A stretch of 64,000 bases of DNA, from NCBI GenBank assembly GCA_035561095.1, contig DATMYE010000042.1, forward strand, positions 79,994 through 143,993, written 5' to 3'. Under the pieces are notes generated by a model, which saw nothing but the letters and a program-made list of their open reading frames with translations, searched no databases and had not been told where the DNA came from. The position numbers and the translations under genes were made by a program. Source of the stretch: Clostridia bacterium. Lineage in GTDB: Bacteria > Bacillota > Clostridia > Christensenellales > CAG-138. Of the stretch, positions 26,113 through 35,350 are shown one piece after another (positions within the stretch are counted from its first letter, which is position 1; each line of letters begins with the position of its first letter).

Positions 26113-27878
26113 GCAAGCGTGAACTCCTGACCGGAAACGAAGCCATCGCGCGCGGCGCTTATGAAGCGGGGGTCACCGTCTGCTCCGCCTATCCCGGCAC
26201 GCCGAGCACCGAGATTTTCGAAAATCTCGCGCAGTACAAGGATTCCCTCTATGCCGAGTGGGCGCCGAACGAAAAGGTTGCAACCGAAGTCGCCTACGGG
26301 GCTTCCATCGCAAACGCGCGGTCTCTCACCGCGATGAAGCACGTCGGCCTCAACGTCGCAGCGGATCTCGTGTTCACGGCGGCGTACAACGGCGTCGGCG
26401 CGGGCTTCGTCATCGTGACGGCGGACGATCCGGACATGCACTCCTCGCAAAACGAGCAGGACAACCGCCGCTATGCGCAGTTTGCAAAGATTCCGCTGAT
26501 TGAGCCTAGCGACTCGCAGGAATGCAAGGACTTCATGAAGGAAGCCTACGAAATCTCCGAGCGGTTCGATATCCCGGTGCTGTTCCGCACCACCACGCGC
26601 GTGAGCCACAGCAAGAGCCTCGTCGCCCTTGGCGAGCGCGAGGAGCAAACGCCCGCGCGCTATGTGCGCAACATCCCGAAGTTTGTCTGCACGCCCGCCA
26701 ACGCACGCAGGCACCGTCCGGAGCTGGAAGAAAAGCTCAAAGGACTGGAAGCCTACGCGAACACAAGCCCCCTCAACAGCATGGAACTAAACGGCGGCAA
26801 GATCGGCGTGCTCTCGGCCTCGATCGCCTACCAGTACGCAAAAGAAGTCTTCCCCGCTGATACGTCCTTCCTCAAGCTCGGCTTTACGTGGCCGCTGCCG
26901 ATGGATCTCATCCGCACCTTTGCCTCCAAGGTCGAGACGCTCTACGTCGTGGAGGAGCTGGAACCCTTCATGGAGGAGCAGCTCAAGGCCGCGGGTATTG
27001 CCTGCATCGGCAAGCAGCTGATTCCGCCGATGTACGAGCTCAACCCGGAGATCGTCCGCCGCAGCATCTTCGGCACCGAGCCGAACGTCGCGAACCTCGA
27101 ACTCGACATGGTCGCGCGTCCGCCGGCGCTCTGCCCCGGCTGCCCGCACCGCGGATTCTTCTATGTGCTCAGCAAGCGTAAGGATTTCGTGATCACGGGC
27201 GATATCGGCTGCTATACGCTTGGCTACGCCGCTCCGCTCTCCGCGATGGACACCTGCGCCTGCATGGGCGGCGGTTTCTCGCTCGGCATGGGCATGGCGA
27301 AGGCCTTTGCGCAACAGGGCGTGACCGACAAGAAGATTTTCGGCGTGGTCGGAGACTCCACCTTCTTCCACAGCGGCCTCACGGGCGCGGTCGAAATTCT
27401 CTACAACAAAGGCAACATGATCCCCTGCGTGCTGGATAACTCCATCACCGGCATGACGGGACATCAGGATAATCCCGGCACGGGCTTCACGCTCGAAGGC
27501 GAGATCGCGAACAAGATCGCCATCGAGGACGTGCTCACGAGCTTCGGGTTTGAAAACGTGATTATCGTTGATCCGCAGGACCTCAAGGCGATGCAAAAGG
27601 CCGTCGACGACGCACTGGCGAGCACGGTTCCCGCCGCGATCATCGTCCGCAGACCGTGTGTGCTGATCAAGCGCATCAAGCACGACATCGGCAAATGCGA
27701 GGTTGACCGCGACAAGTGCCGCAGCTGCAAGATCTGCCTCAAGGTCGCCTGCCCCGCCCTCCACATGAAGGACGGCAAGACCGAGATCGACCAGACGCTC
27801 TGCGTGGGCTGCAAGGTCTGCGCGCAGGCGTGCCCGTTTGATGCAATCTCCCGCATCGGCGAGCAGAAAGGAGAATGA
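26109..27878 (+). CDS. iorA: Indolepyruvate:ferredoxin oxidoreductase subunit alpha
   Basis: 589 aa. The N-terminus LLTGNEAIARGAYEAGVTVCSAYPGTPSTEI is followed by a TPP-binding region. The C-terminus carries two [4Fe-4S] motifs (CRSCKICLKVACP and CVGCKVCAQACP). Confidence 0.88.
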   Translation: MSKRELLTGNEAIARGAYEAGVTVCSAYPGTPSTEIFENLAQYKDSLYAEWAPNEKVATEVAYGASIANARSLTAMKHVGLNVAADLVFTAAYNGVGAGFVIVTADDPDMHSSQNEQDNRRYAQFAKIPLIEPSDSQECKDFMKEAYEISERFDIPVLFRTTTRVSHSKSLVALGEREEQTPARYVRNIPKFVCTPANARRHRPELEEKLKGLEAYANTSPLNSMELNGGKIGVLSASIAYQYAKEVFPADTSFLKLGFTWPLPMDLIRTFASKVETLYVVEELEPFMEEQLKAAGIACIGKQLIPPMYELNPEIVRRSIFGTEPNVANLELDMVARPPALCPGCPHRGFFYVLSKRKDFVITGDIGCYTLGYAAPLSAMDTCACMGGGFSLGMGMAKAFAQQGVTDKKIFGVVGDSTFFHSGLTGAVEILYNKGNMIPCVLDNSITGMTGHQDNPGTGFTLEGEIANKIAIEDVLTSFGFENVIIVDPQDLKAMQKAVDDALASTVPAAIIVRRPCVLIKRIKHDIGKCEVDRDKCRSCKICLKVACPALHMKDGKTEIDQTLCVGCKVCAQACPFDAISRIGEQKGE

Positions 27879-28468
27879 CCACGATGGCAAACTTTACCGG
27901 AAAGAGCATTCTCATCTGCGGCGTCGGCGGCCAGGGCACCCTGCTCATGAGCAAAACCCTCACCGCGGGACTCGTGGCAGCTGGCTACGATGTCAAGATG
28001 AGCGAAGTACACGGCATGGCGCAGCGCGGCGGCTCCGTCTCCACGCAGGTGCGCTATGGCGAAAAGGTCTATTCCCCGATCATCGGGCGCGGCGAGGCGG
28101 ATGTGCTCGTCGCGTTTGAAAAGCTCGAAGGCGCGCGGTATTCCGACCTGCTCAAGCCCGGCGGCACCGCGCTGATCAACGATTACGAGGTGTTCCCGCT
28201 GCCCGTCTCCAGCGGCGCCGCGGAATATCCCGCTAACATCTATGACGAGATGAAGAAGGCGTTTGACCTTCGCGTCATTCCCGCGAGCACGATTGCAAAG
28301 TCGCTGGGCAACATCCGCTGCACCAACATCGTGCTGCTGGGCGCGCTCGTCCGCGCGTTCTCGCTCGAGTCCATCGACTGGAACGCCGCGCTGACCGCGT
28401 CCGTGCCGCCGAAGGTGCTGGAGATGAACCTCAAGGCGTTCGAGGCGGGCTATCAGTTCGAAGGCTAA
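27875..28468 (+). CDS. iorB: Indolepyruvate:ferredoxin oxidoreductase subunit beta
   Basis: 197 aa. ILICGVGGQGTLLMSKTL...SEVHGMAQRGGSVSTQVRYG is the POR gamma-domain pattern. The start overlaps the iorA stop (ATGA). Confidence 0.88.
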   Translation: MTTMANFTGKSILICGVGGQGTLLMSKTLTAGLVAAGYDVKMSEVHGMAQRGGSVSTQVRYGEKVYSPIIGRGEADVLVAFEKLEGARYSDLLKPGGTALINDYEVFPLPVSSGAAEYPANIYDEMKKAFDLRVIPASTIAKSLGNIRCTNIVLLGALVRAFSLESIDWNAALTASVPPKVLEMNLKAFEAGYQFEG

Positions 28469-28510
28469 TTTCCCCGCCGTTTGGCGGGTTTGCCAGAGAG
28501 GAAGACACAC

Positions 28511-29707
28511 ATGGTATCCAAGGATATGCTCAATCTGGGGCGTGTGCGCTCCGCCATCCGCGAGCTCTTCGAGTTCGGGCGCAAGCGCGCGGCCATCGTC
28601 GGCAGCGAGAACGTGTACGATTTTTCGATCGGCAACCCGTCCGTCCCCCCGCCCGCCGCGCTGACGCAGGAGATGGTCGATCTGCTCTCGAGCTGCGATC
28701 CCTCCGCGCTGCACGGCTACACAAGCGCGCCGGGCGCAAACGAGACGCGGGACGCGATTGCGAACAACCTCAACCGCCGCTACGGCACGTCTTTTACCCG
28801 CCGGAATCTCTACATCACCTGTGGCGCGGCAGCCGCCTTAACCTCCGTTCTGCGCGCGCTGACAGTGGAAACGGGCACCGAGTTTATCGCCATCGCGCCT
28901 TATTTTCCGGAGTATGGCATCTTTGCTGCCACCGCGGGCGGCAAGCTCGTGGTCGTCGAAGCCGACATGGCGCATTTCCAGATCGACTTTGCCGCGCTGG
29001 AACGCACGATCAACACGAACACCCAGGCGGTGATCATCAACTCGCCCAACAACCCCTCCGGCGTGATCTATTCTGAGGAGACGATCGTCAAGCTCGCCGC
29101 GCTGCTGACCAAAAAGAGCGCGGAGCTGGGACATCCGGTCTATCTGATCTCGGACGAGCCCTACCGCGAGCTGAACTATACGGGCAAGCCCGTGCCGTTC
29201 GTGACGAACTATTATGCGGCAAGCATCATCACGTATTCGTATTCCAAGAGCCTCTCGCTGCCGGGCGACCGCATCGGCTATGTGCTCCTCGGCAACGACA
29301 TGCCCGACTTTGACGATGTCTACGACGCCATCGCTGGCAGCGCGCGCGTGCAGGGCTATGTCTGCGCCCCGGCGCTGCTGCAAAAGGCCATCGCGAGCGC
29401 GATGGATCTCGACATGGTGCCGGAGCTTTCGAGCTATCAGAAGAACCGCGACGCGCTCTACAACGGTCTCAAATCGTTCGGCTATCGCTGCATGCCGCCG
29501 GACGGCGCGTTCTATCTCTTCCTCGAAGCGCCGGGCGGAGACGGAGACGCCTTTGCCGAGGCCGCGAAGGACGAGGATATCCTGATCGTCTCCGGCCGCA
29601 GCTTCGGCTGTCCCGGTTATCTGCGCATCGCGTACTGTGTCGCGTACGATACCATCATTCGTGCGTTGCCGGGTTTCGGGCGTCTCTACGAGAGATTCTG
29701 TAAATAA
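28511..29707 (+). CDS. PLP-dependent aminotransferase, class I/II (AspC/AlaT-like)
   Basis: ORF track 28481..29707. ATG 28511 follows GAGAGGAAG. Motifs: NPSVPPP, INSPNNPSG, and the PLP-lysine context YSYSKSLSLPGDRIGY. Confidence 0.85.
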   Translation: MVSKDMLNLGRVRSAIRELFEFGRKRAAIVGSENVYDFSIGNPSVPPPAALTQEMVDLLSSCDPSALHGYTSAPGANETRDAIANNLNRRYGTSFTRRNLYITCGAAAALTSVLRALTVETGTEFIAIAPYFPEYGIFAATAGGKLVVVEADMAHFQIDFAALERTINTNTQAVIINSPNNPSGVIYSEETIVKLAALLTKKSAELGHPVYLISDEPYRELNYTGKPVPFVTNYYAASIITYSYSKSLSLPGDRIGYVLLGNDMPDFDDVYDAIAGSARVQGYVCAPALLQKAIASAMDLDMVPELSSYQKNRDALYNGLKSFGYRCMPPDGAFYLFLEAPGGDGDAFAEAAKDEDILIVSGRSFGCPGYLRIAYCVAYDTIIRALPGFGRLYERFCK

Positions 29708-29732
29708 GTAATCATACAACAAACAACGCAAC

Positions 29733-29764
29733 AGCGCCGCGGGTCACCGCGGCGCTTGTGTTTT
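29733..29764. terminator. Bidirectional terminator
   Basis: AGCGCCGCGG-GTCA-CCGCGGCGCT hairpin followed by TGTGTTTT, between convergent operons. Confidence 0.65.
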
Positions 29765-29786
29765 ATGCGTGTTTTATTGTTTTTTT

Positions 29787-30464
29787 CTATAGTCTCCAGC
29801 TCTTGAGAAACACTCTGGTGCTCTCCGCTTGCGGGTCTAACAGCACCTGCGCGGTGTCACCCAGTTCCTCGATTCTCCCGCCGTCCAGCGCAAGCACGCG
29901 CGTGGAGAGCCGCATCGCCTGCGACGGCGCATGGGATGAGAACACGAGCGCACAGCCCGTCTGGCTGACGTAGTCGAGAATCGCGCGCTCGATCAGCTCG
30001 ATGGCTGCGATGTCCGCGCTTGCGGTCGGCTCGTCGAGCAAAAGGAGTTTGCGCGGCTTTGCGAGCACGCGCGCGAGCGCCATGCGCTGCGTCTCCCCAC
30101 CGGAGAGGCGGTTTGCACGCGCTTTACAGAGGTGCAGCAACCCGACGCGCTCCAGCGCTTCCTGTGCAAGCCTGGTCTTATCCCGCTCGCCTTCCAGCGC
30201 GAGCTCGACGTTTTTCAGCACACTCATGTCAAACGCATACGGCTTCTGCGGCAGATAGCCGATGTCGCCGCGGCTTAAGTTCCCGCGGTCGATCGTTCCG
30301 CCGTCTGGCGCAAGCACGCCCGCAAAAAGCCGCAGCAGCGTGCTCTTGCCGCTGCCGTTCGGGCCGATGACCGCAAGGCGTTCACTCGCATCGATGGATA
30401 ATGTCGGGATGTCGAGCGCAATCCTCGCGCCGTATCGCTTCTGCACATTCACAAACTCCATCAT
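29787..30464 (-). CDS. tupC: ABC transporter ATP-binding protein (tungstate TupC-like)
   Basis: Walker A GPNGSGKST, signature SGGETQR, Walker B LLLLDEPT. It is the last gene of the tupABC-like operon, and its start overlaps the permease stop. Confidence 0.8.
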   Translation of the reverse strand: MMEFVNVQKRYGARIALDIPTLSIDASERLAVIGPNGSGKSTLLRLFAGVLAPDGGTIDRGNLSRGDIGYLPQKPYAFDMSVLKNVELALEGERDKTRLAQEALERVGLLHLCKARANRLSGGETQRMALARVLAKPRKLLLLDEPTASADIAAIELIERAILDYVSQTGCALVFSSHAPSQAMRLSTRVLALDGGRIEELGDTAQVLLDPQAESTRVFLKSWRL

Positions 30465-31147
30465 ACGCCCACGCTCCTTTGCAGAAGCTGCGCCACGATA
30501 TTGACGACGAGAGAGATGAGCAGAAGCAGTATGCCCAGCGCGAGCGCATAGGAAAAGTTGCCCATATTGGTATACATCATGATCGCGGTGGTCATGACGT
30601 TGGTCTTATAGGCGATCGCGCCGCCGACCATCGAGACCGCGCCAACCTCCGCCATCGCGCGGCCAAAGCCGAGCAGATAGGACGAAAACAGCGCGTACTT
30701 GCTCTCGTTGAGGGTCAGCAGGAATGTCCGCCCGCGTGTCAGCCCCATGCCGCGCGCGCTCTCGCGAATCGGCTCCACCATCGGCGTAATCGCGGTCTCC
30801 ATGCTGCCCGCAATGATTGGCGTAATCAGCAGCACTTGAGCTACCACCATGCCCGCGACGGTAAACAACAGGTGCAGCCCGCGCATGGGTCCTGTGCCGG
30901 AAAACAGGATGTAGCAGATCAGACCGCAGACCACGGGCGGAAGCCCGGTCAGCGTGCGGTTGATCAAAATGAGCGCCTTTCGCCCGGGAAAGCGCGCGGA
31001 AGCGAGCAGCACGCCATACGGCGCCCCCAAAAGGAGCGCCGTACAGGAGCTGAATAGCGTCATTGTCATCGTCACGCGCAGGATGCTGATCAGGAGCGGA
31101 TCGCCCGCAAACAGCAGCGTGAGCGCGCGCGAAAGTGCGCTTCCCAT
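30461..31147 (-). CDS. tupB: ABC transporter permease (TupB-like)
   Basis: ORF track 30461..31216 overlaps tupA. The start is set at MGSALSRALTLLF (31147). It is a BPD_transp_1-type six-TM permease. Confidence 0.75.
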   Translation of the reverse strand: MGSALSRALTLLFAGDPLLISILRVTMTMTLFSSCTALLLGAPYGVLLASARFPGRKALILINRTLTGLPPVVCGLICYILFSGTGPMRGLHLLFTVAGMVVAQVLLITPIIAGSMETAITPMVEPIRESARGMGLTRGRTFLLTLNESKYALFSSYLLGFGRAMAEVGAVSMVGGAIAYKTNVMTTAIMMYTNMGNFSYALALGILLLLISLVVNIVAQLLQRSVGV

Positions 31148-31154
31148 GCTGGCG

Positions 31155-32189
31155 TCAGCCGACTGCGCCGCCGCTGGCCTGGAAGGCGAGGAACGTTGCC
31201 TTGTCAGAAAGGACATAGCCGTCCATCTCGTTCGCCATCGTCAGGCAAACGCCCATGCCGGCGTTGCTGGAAAGATACCAGTCGCTGTAGGCGGCAACGC
31301 TTGCCGGATCGACGGTGATGCCCAGCGATTCCGGCCAGAGGGAGACTTCCTTGGTGTGGGTGCCGCTCTGGTCTCCGCGGGAGACGAACGGGAATTTGCC
31401 TTCGGCGATGCGCGCAAAGGCGTCCTTGACGCTGGCTGCTTCCGCGCACTTGGCGGGATCACCCACCGGGCCAACCAGCACAAAGTAGTTATACATAAAC
31501 GTCAGGCGTTCGCTGTCGAAGCCGTCTAGCTTCATGGCGTATCCGTCCGCGATGAACTTCTCCTCCTGCGATTTGCTGTGCACGAGGATCAGGTCAGCGT
31601 TGCCCATCGTCGCCGCGGCGATAGCCTTGCCCGTTCCGGCGGCGCTGACTTCAACGGTGTAGCCATACTTTTCCTGGAACACGGGCAGCAGCGCGTCCAG
31701 AAGCCCGCTGTCCTGCACGGATGTGGTTGTCGAAAGCCGGATGGTCTTGGTTGCGTCCGTCGCCATCGGGATTTCGCCCTTGTAGACCGGTTTGCCATCC
31801 TTGAGCATGAAGAGCGCCTCGCCGTAGTCCGCGACACCGTAGCTCGCAATCAGCTGCGCCGCTTCGTCGCTCATGAGCCAGTCGACCAGTGCCTGCGCGC
31901 CCGCGGTATTGATCGCAACCCCGCTGACCGCATTGCCGTCCGCGTCCTTAAAAGGCGCGGCATCGCTGACTGCGATCACAGAATAGTTGTTCATCATGTC
32001 GTCGTCCTGCTCCAGCAGGATCTTGATGCCGAGGCCTTCGGTCGCTTCCGGCGTCGCCGTGGCTTCGGCAACGGGCTCGACGGCTACCGCAGCATCTGCG
32101 GGCGTTGCGACGGGCGCGGCTTTTGCGCAGCCAACCGCCGCGAGTGCGTACAGGACAATAAAAATAACGAGGCAAATGCGTTTGGTCAT
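31155..32189 (-). CDS. tupA: Tungstate-binding lipoprotein TupA homologue with apparently permuted domain order
   Basis: ORF track 31155..32213 begins with TTG. ATG 32189 follows GGAGAGG. Lipobox: LAAVGC. The TupA core is present: RLSTTTSVQDSGLLDALLPVF, AAGTGKAIAAATMGNADLILVHS, FVSRGDQSGTHTKE and NAGMG. See findings. Confidence 0.8.
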   Translation of the reverse strand: MTKRICLVIFIVLYALAAVGCAKAAPVATPADAAVAVEPVAEATATPEATEGLGIKILLEQDDDMMNNYSVIAVSDAAPFKDADGNAVSGVAINTAGAQALVDWLMSDEAAQLIASYGVADYGEALFMLKDGKPVYKGEIPMATDATKTIRLSTTTSVQDSGLLDALLPVFQEKYGYTVEVSAAGTGKAIAAATMGNADLILVHSKSQEEKFIADGYAMKLDGFDSERLTFMYNYFVLVGPVGDPAKCAEAASVKDAFARIAEGKFPFVSRGDQSGTHTKEVSLWPESLGITVDPASVAAYSDWYLSSNAGMGVCLTMANEMDGYVLSDKATFLAFQASGGAVG

Positions 32190-32254
32190 GATGTTCCTCT
32201 CCTTTTTGTACAAGGAAAATCACGTGCCCGCTCGCCGTTGCGCCCGTCGTGTAT

Positions 32255-32365
32255 TTTCGGTGGAATCCCCTTTGCAAATGTGGCAGGCAGACCCGTTACC
32301 GGTTCCACCCATTGGCCGGGGCAACCTCTTGTTCGGGCTGCGAGGGCTCGGGAATTTTCCTTGCG
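32255..32365 (-). promoter_or_regulatory. Candidate Moco/Tuco (molybdenum/tungsten cofactor) riboswitch
   Basis: The minus strand reads GGAAAAUUCCCGAGCCCUCGCAGCCCGAACAAGAGGUUGCCCCGGCCAAUGGGUGGAACCGGUAACGGGUCUGCCUGCCACAUUUGCAAAGGGGAUUCCACC. The UUCCC/GGGGA closing stem, CCGAGCC 5' box and CAAAGG 3' box are recalled hallmarks of the Moco RNA motif. The location upstream of tupA fits the known genomic context. Confidence 0.5.
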
Positions 32366-32443
32366 TATTCAGTTTTTTTGTGCCAACAACCCGATCAATT
32401 GGTTCCGATGTGATCGCAAACGTTGTTCGCTGAGGGTATTATT

Positions 32444-33058
32444 TCACAACGCTTCCGGCTTGTCAAACCCTGTGGGAAACCCGCCCGCGCGCGCCTGCCC
32501 ACGCAAGAGGTTCTGCGCCGCTGCCGAAAGTTTTTGCAGCAGCTGGGCTGTTTCCGGCGAAACGCCGATCTCGCGGACGATGCCGCCCGCGTCCGCACCA
32601 GGCGCCGCATATTCGGGTCGCAGGTAGATGAGCTTGGTCTGTTTGCTGGTTCTTAGCGCGTCCTCGCGGCACATCGGCTCGCTGTAGCGCGTAAAATTCT
32701 CCTGTTCAGTTGCGTGGATCGCGCGGATCGCGTCCCGCCGTTGCCAGAGGCGCATCAAAAGCGGCACAACCAGCGCAAGACCGAGGAAGATATCGCCGAT
32801 GATCATGCCTGTCACATTCCGCGAAAACGCGGCAAGCAGCGCGCCGATGGGCAGAAACACGACCGGCCAGAGCAGCAGTTCGCCGCGCAGGTGCCGGTCT
32901 TTCTTGATGTTTTCGATATAGGCGCGCAGGCAGTCTGCGCAAACGCCGCGGTAGATCACGCCCTGAAACGTCTCCCGTTCGCTGAACCGCGCATAGGCAA
33001 ACACAAACTCCGCGGTATCCTCGCAGAGAAAGCACTTGACCTGAATTGGCTGTTCCAA
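32444..33058 (-). CDS. Hypothetical membrane protein with an N-terminal CxxC...CxxC zinc-ribbon-like motif
   Basis: ORF track 32444..33136. The first 26 codons are AT-rich and look non-coding. TTG at 33058 lies 8 nt after AAGGAG. Features: CFLCED...CADCL, two TM helices, and a soluble C-terminal tail. Confidence 0.55.
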   Translation of the reverse strand: MEQPIQVKCFLCEDTAEFVFAYARFSERETFQGVIYRGVCADCLRAYIENIKKDRHLRGELLLWPVVFLPIGALLAAFSRNVTGMIIGDIFLGLALVVPLLMRLWQRRDAIRAIHATEQENFTRYSEPMCREDALRTSKQTKLIYLRPEYAAPGADAGGIVREIGVSPETAQLLQKLSAAAQNLLRGQARAGGFPTGFDKPEAL

Positions 33059-33222
33059 GAGACTCACTCCTTCTGGAATACTGGTTTGTTGTGAATCGTT
33101 TACAAAAGAATGATTGTTTACGAATGATAATACCATTTTCTAAACAATAAAACAATATTATTCGATTATTTTACTGTTTTCACCGTCTTTTCGCCAATAA
33201 CCAACCAATCATCAGCATGAGT

Positions 33223-34122
33223 TTAATACGCCGGCTGGAACAACCTGTAAAACACGAACTGAATACACAAACCAACAAAAAGTACGATATACATCATTGA
33301 TGTCGCATCGTATATCAACATCCCAATAAAGAAGCTTGTAAAGTTTGCGGTAAATGCATACAGGATCCGAGTCCCGATCTTTCTTCCTTGCATGTACTTT
33401 GCGTATACAATTGCTTCGATGGTCGGAATCAACAATTCCATAATGAACAAAACCGACCAATTGTCCTGTATGAACTCATAATAGTGCGTCACGAAAAGGA
33501 CGACATTTAGGAGAAGCTGCGTGGCCAAATTCGTGAAAACAACCAAGCGCAGATTCTTCTTGAAAGAGAACTCGAACGGAAAGAGCAGCAGTGTTTCTAC
33601 GAACAGAGTCACCCCGACCGCGATTAAAACCCGTCTGCCGTAGTCCAGATAGTTGATATCCTGTGTGAGCTGATTGGTTTCTAAATCGTACGTTGCTTCG
33701 TTTGCATAGTCGCGATGAAACACAGGGTTAGTCGCATGAACCTTTCCGCTCTCCGTCACGAGGATAATGCGGTACTCCTTCATGGATTGCGTGACGGTAG
33801 CCCACTCAATTTTAGAAGTGCCCTCAGCTTGAAAGAGTCCGACGTTCGGAACTTCCGTCACAGGAAACCATCCTTCGTCAGCCAGCGAAAACAATCCCGC
33901 TATCATCTTGCGGTGTTCGGGATGTACGTCGCTCATATAAACGCTCTGCGATACACCAGGTTCGCGTGTGAGGATGGTGATGGCGTACGCTTCATTCGGC
34001 GCATGAACCAACTGCAACGTAAACTCTATACTTGGCCCCGGAGCGGGTGAGTTCGCGCTCGCCGAAGCGGGAATCATCAGGATCAAATAGAGCAGCAGTA
34101 TCCAGCGCCAGCGTCGTTTCAT
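33223..34122 (-). CDS. Hypothetical secreted/membrane protein (signal peptide, ~170-aa ectodomain, C-terminal multi-TM region)
   Basis: ORF track 33223..34221. ATG 34122 follows GGAGGG. The signal peptide is MKRRWRWILLLYLILMIPASASA. No family was recognised. Confidence 0.6.
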   Translation of the reverse strand: MKRRWRWILLLYLILMIPASASANSPAPGPSIEFTLQLVHAPNEAYAITILTREPGVSQSVYMSDVHPEHRKMIAGLFSLADEGWFPVTEVPNVGLFQAEGTSKIEWATVTQSMKEYRIILVTESGKVHATNPVFHRDYANEATYDLETNQLTQDINYLDYGRRVLIAVGVTLFVETLLLFPFEFSFKKNLRLVVFTNLATQLLLNVVLFVTHYYEFIQDNWSVLFIMELLIPTIEAIVYAKYMQGRKIGTRILYAFTANFTSFFIGMLIYDATSMMYIVLFVGLCIQFVFYRLFQPAY

Positions 34123-34237
34123 GCACCCTCCGCAAAGCAAATCTGTTGTACTTTTTTCGATTGTAACACAAAGCGCGCGGTTTGTCCCGCGCGCCTGTTG
34201 TTTCCGTCTCCGGCAAAACAATTATTGTTTATTCGCG

Positions 34238-34645
34238 TCAGATCATCGTGATGGCATGTACAAGAAACGCAAGAATGAGCGCGATGACCGCGCCCCGGTG
34301 CGCCCAAAGCATCGCGGGTGTACGCTTTTTCGCTTTAAACATGATGCCACCCAGAATAGCGGTGATCACCGCAAGCGACGCCGTGACAATTCCGGTGATC
34401 GAGACCCACTTGTACGTGACCTGAAGGATGATGTGCGCCACCATCAGCGCGACCGCGGCAAAGGCGAAGAAGCGATGGTTCTTGACAAGAAACTTCATGA
34501 CCTTTATATATTCGGCCTTAAACTTGCTTTCTTTCGGGAGCTTGACGACCCATTTGCGGTTGACGAACTTAATCACGAAATTCATGATTGCAAGGCTGAA
34601 CGTTATCGCGGTAAGAATGCCGATGTAGTGACCGAGTTGACTCAT
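34238..34645 (-). CDS. Hypothetical small integral membrane protein (about 4 TM)
   Basis: ORF track 34238..34690. ATG 34645 follows AAAGGGG. No family was recognised. Confidence 0.55.
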   Translation of the reverse strand: MSQLGHYIGILTAITFSLAIMNFVIKFVNRKWVVKLPKESKFKAEYIKVMKFLVKNHRFFAFAAVALMVAHIILQVTYKWVSITGIVTASLAVITAILGGIMFKAKKRTPAMLWAHRGAVIALILAFLVHAITMI

Positions 34646-34807
34646 ACTAGTAAGCCCCTTTTCTGATCGTTGTTGGAATAACGGTATCACTTACTCGATG
34701 GATAGGCAAGTTCAAATTTTTCGAATGTTCACTTCTGTTGTCAGATTTTTACGCGTACTATAGATATATTGGATGAGAATTCTCAATACACTACAGGAGG
34801 TTCCATC

Positions 34808-35350
34808 ATGGATGCTGTCACCGATCTGCTCCGGCGCGATCCGGAACGCGCGCTCGATCAAATGCTGCGCGCGTATACGGGCTTGGTCTATCACGCTGCC
34901 GCCGCAGTCCTCGGGCGCAACTCTCACGAGGAGATTGAAGAATGTGTCAGCGATGCGTTTCTGGTCATCTACAAAAGTCGGGAACGGCTGGATTTTTCGC
35001 AGGGTTCCGTCAAGGCATATCTTTGCGCAACGGCGCGAAACCTCGCGATCAATCGTCTGAAGAAAAGCGCGTCCTCGCCGCTGTCCGCATTGAACGAACT
35101 CATGCAATCAACCGAGGAAACGGAATCCTCCGCTTTGCGAAATCTGGAGGCGGATGAACTCATTCAGGCCGTATTGTCGTTGGGTGAACCGGATAGCAGG
35201 ATCATCCTCTATCGTTACTACTTTGATATGCCATCAAAACAGATAGCAAAGCTGCTCGGCATAAAGCCGAATACCGTCGACCAGCGGCTCCGCCGCGCGC
35301 TGAAAAAACTCAACCACCTCTCGAAAGGAGGTCTGTCTCATGGAGAATAA
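34808..35350 (+). CDS. ECF-type RNA polymerase sigma-70 family factor
   Basis: ORF track 34769..35350. ATG 34808 follows AGGAGG (34795-34800). It has a region 2 (VSDAFLVIYKSRERLD...YLCATARNLAINRLKK) and a region 4 HTH (SKQIAKLLGIKPNTVDQRLRRALKKL). Confidence 0.88.
   Translation: MDAVTDLLRRDPERALDQMLRAYTGLVYHAAAAVLGRNSHEEIEECVSDAFLVIYKSRERLDFSQGSVKAYLCATARNLAINRLKKSASSPLSALNELMQSTEETESSALRNLEADELIQAVLSLGEPDSRIILYRYYFDMPSKQIAKLLGIKPNTVDQRLRRALKKLNHLSKGGLSHGE

Noticed and set aside
34646-34807. ECF-type autoregulatory promoter (AAC-N16/17-CGT) upstream of the sigma factor gene.
   Set aside because: I saw only loose matches, for example GTTCAC...CGCGTA. None was convincing enough to annotate without a consensus for this ECF group.
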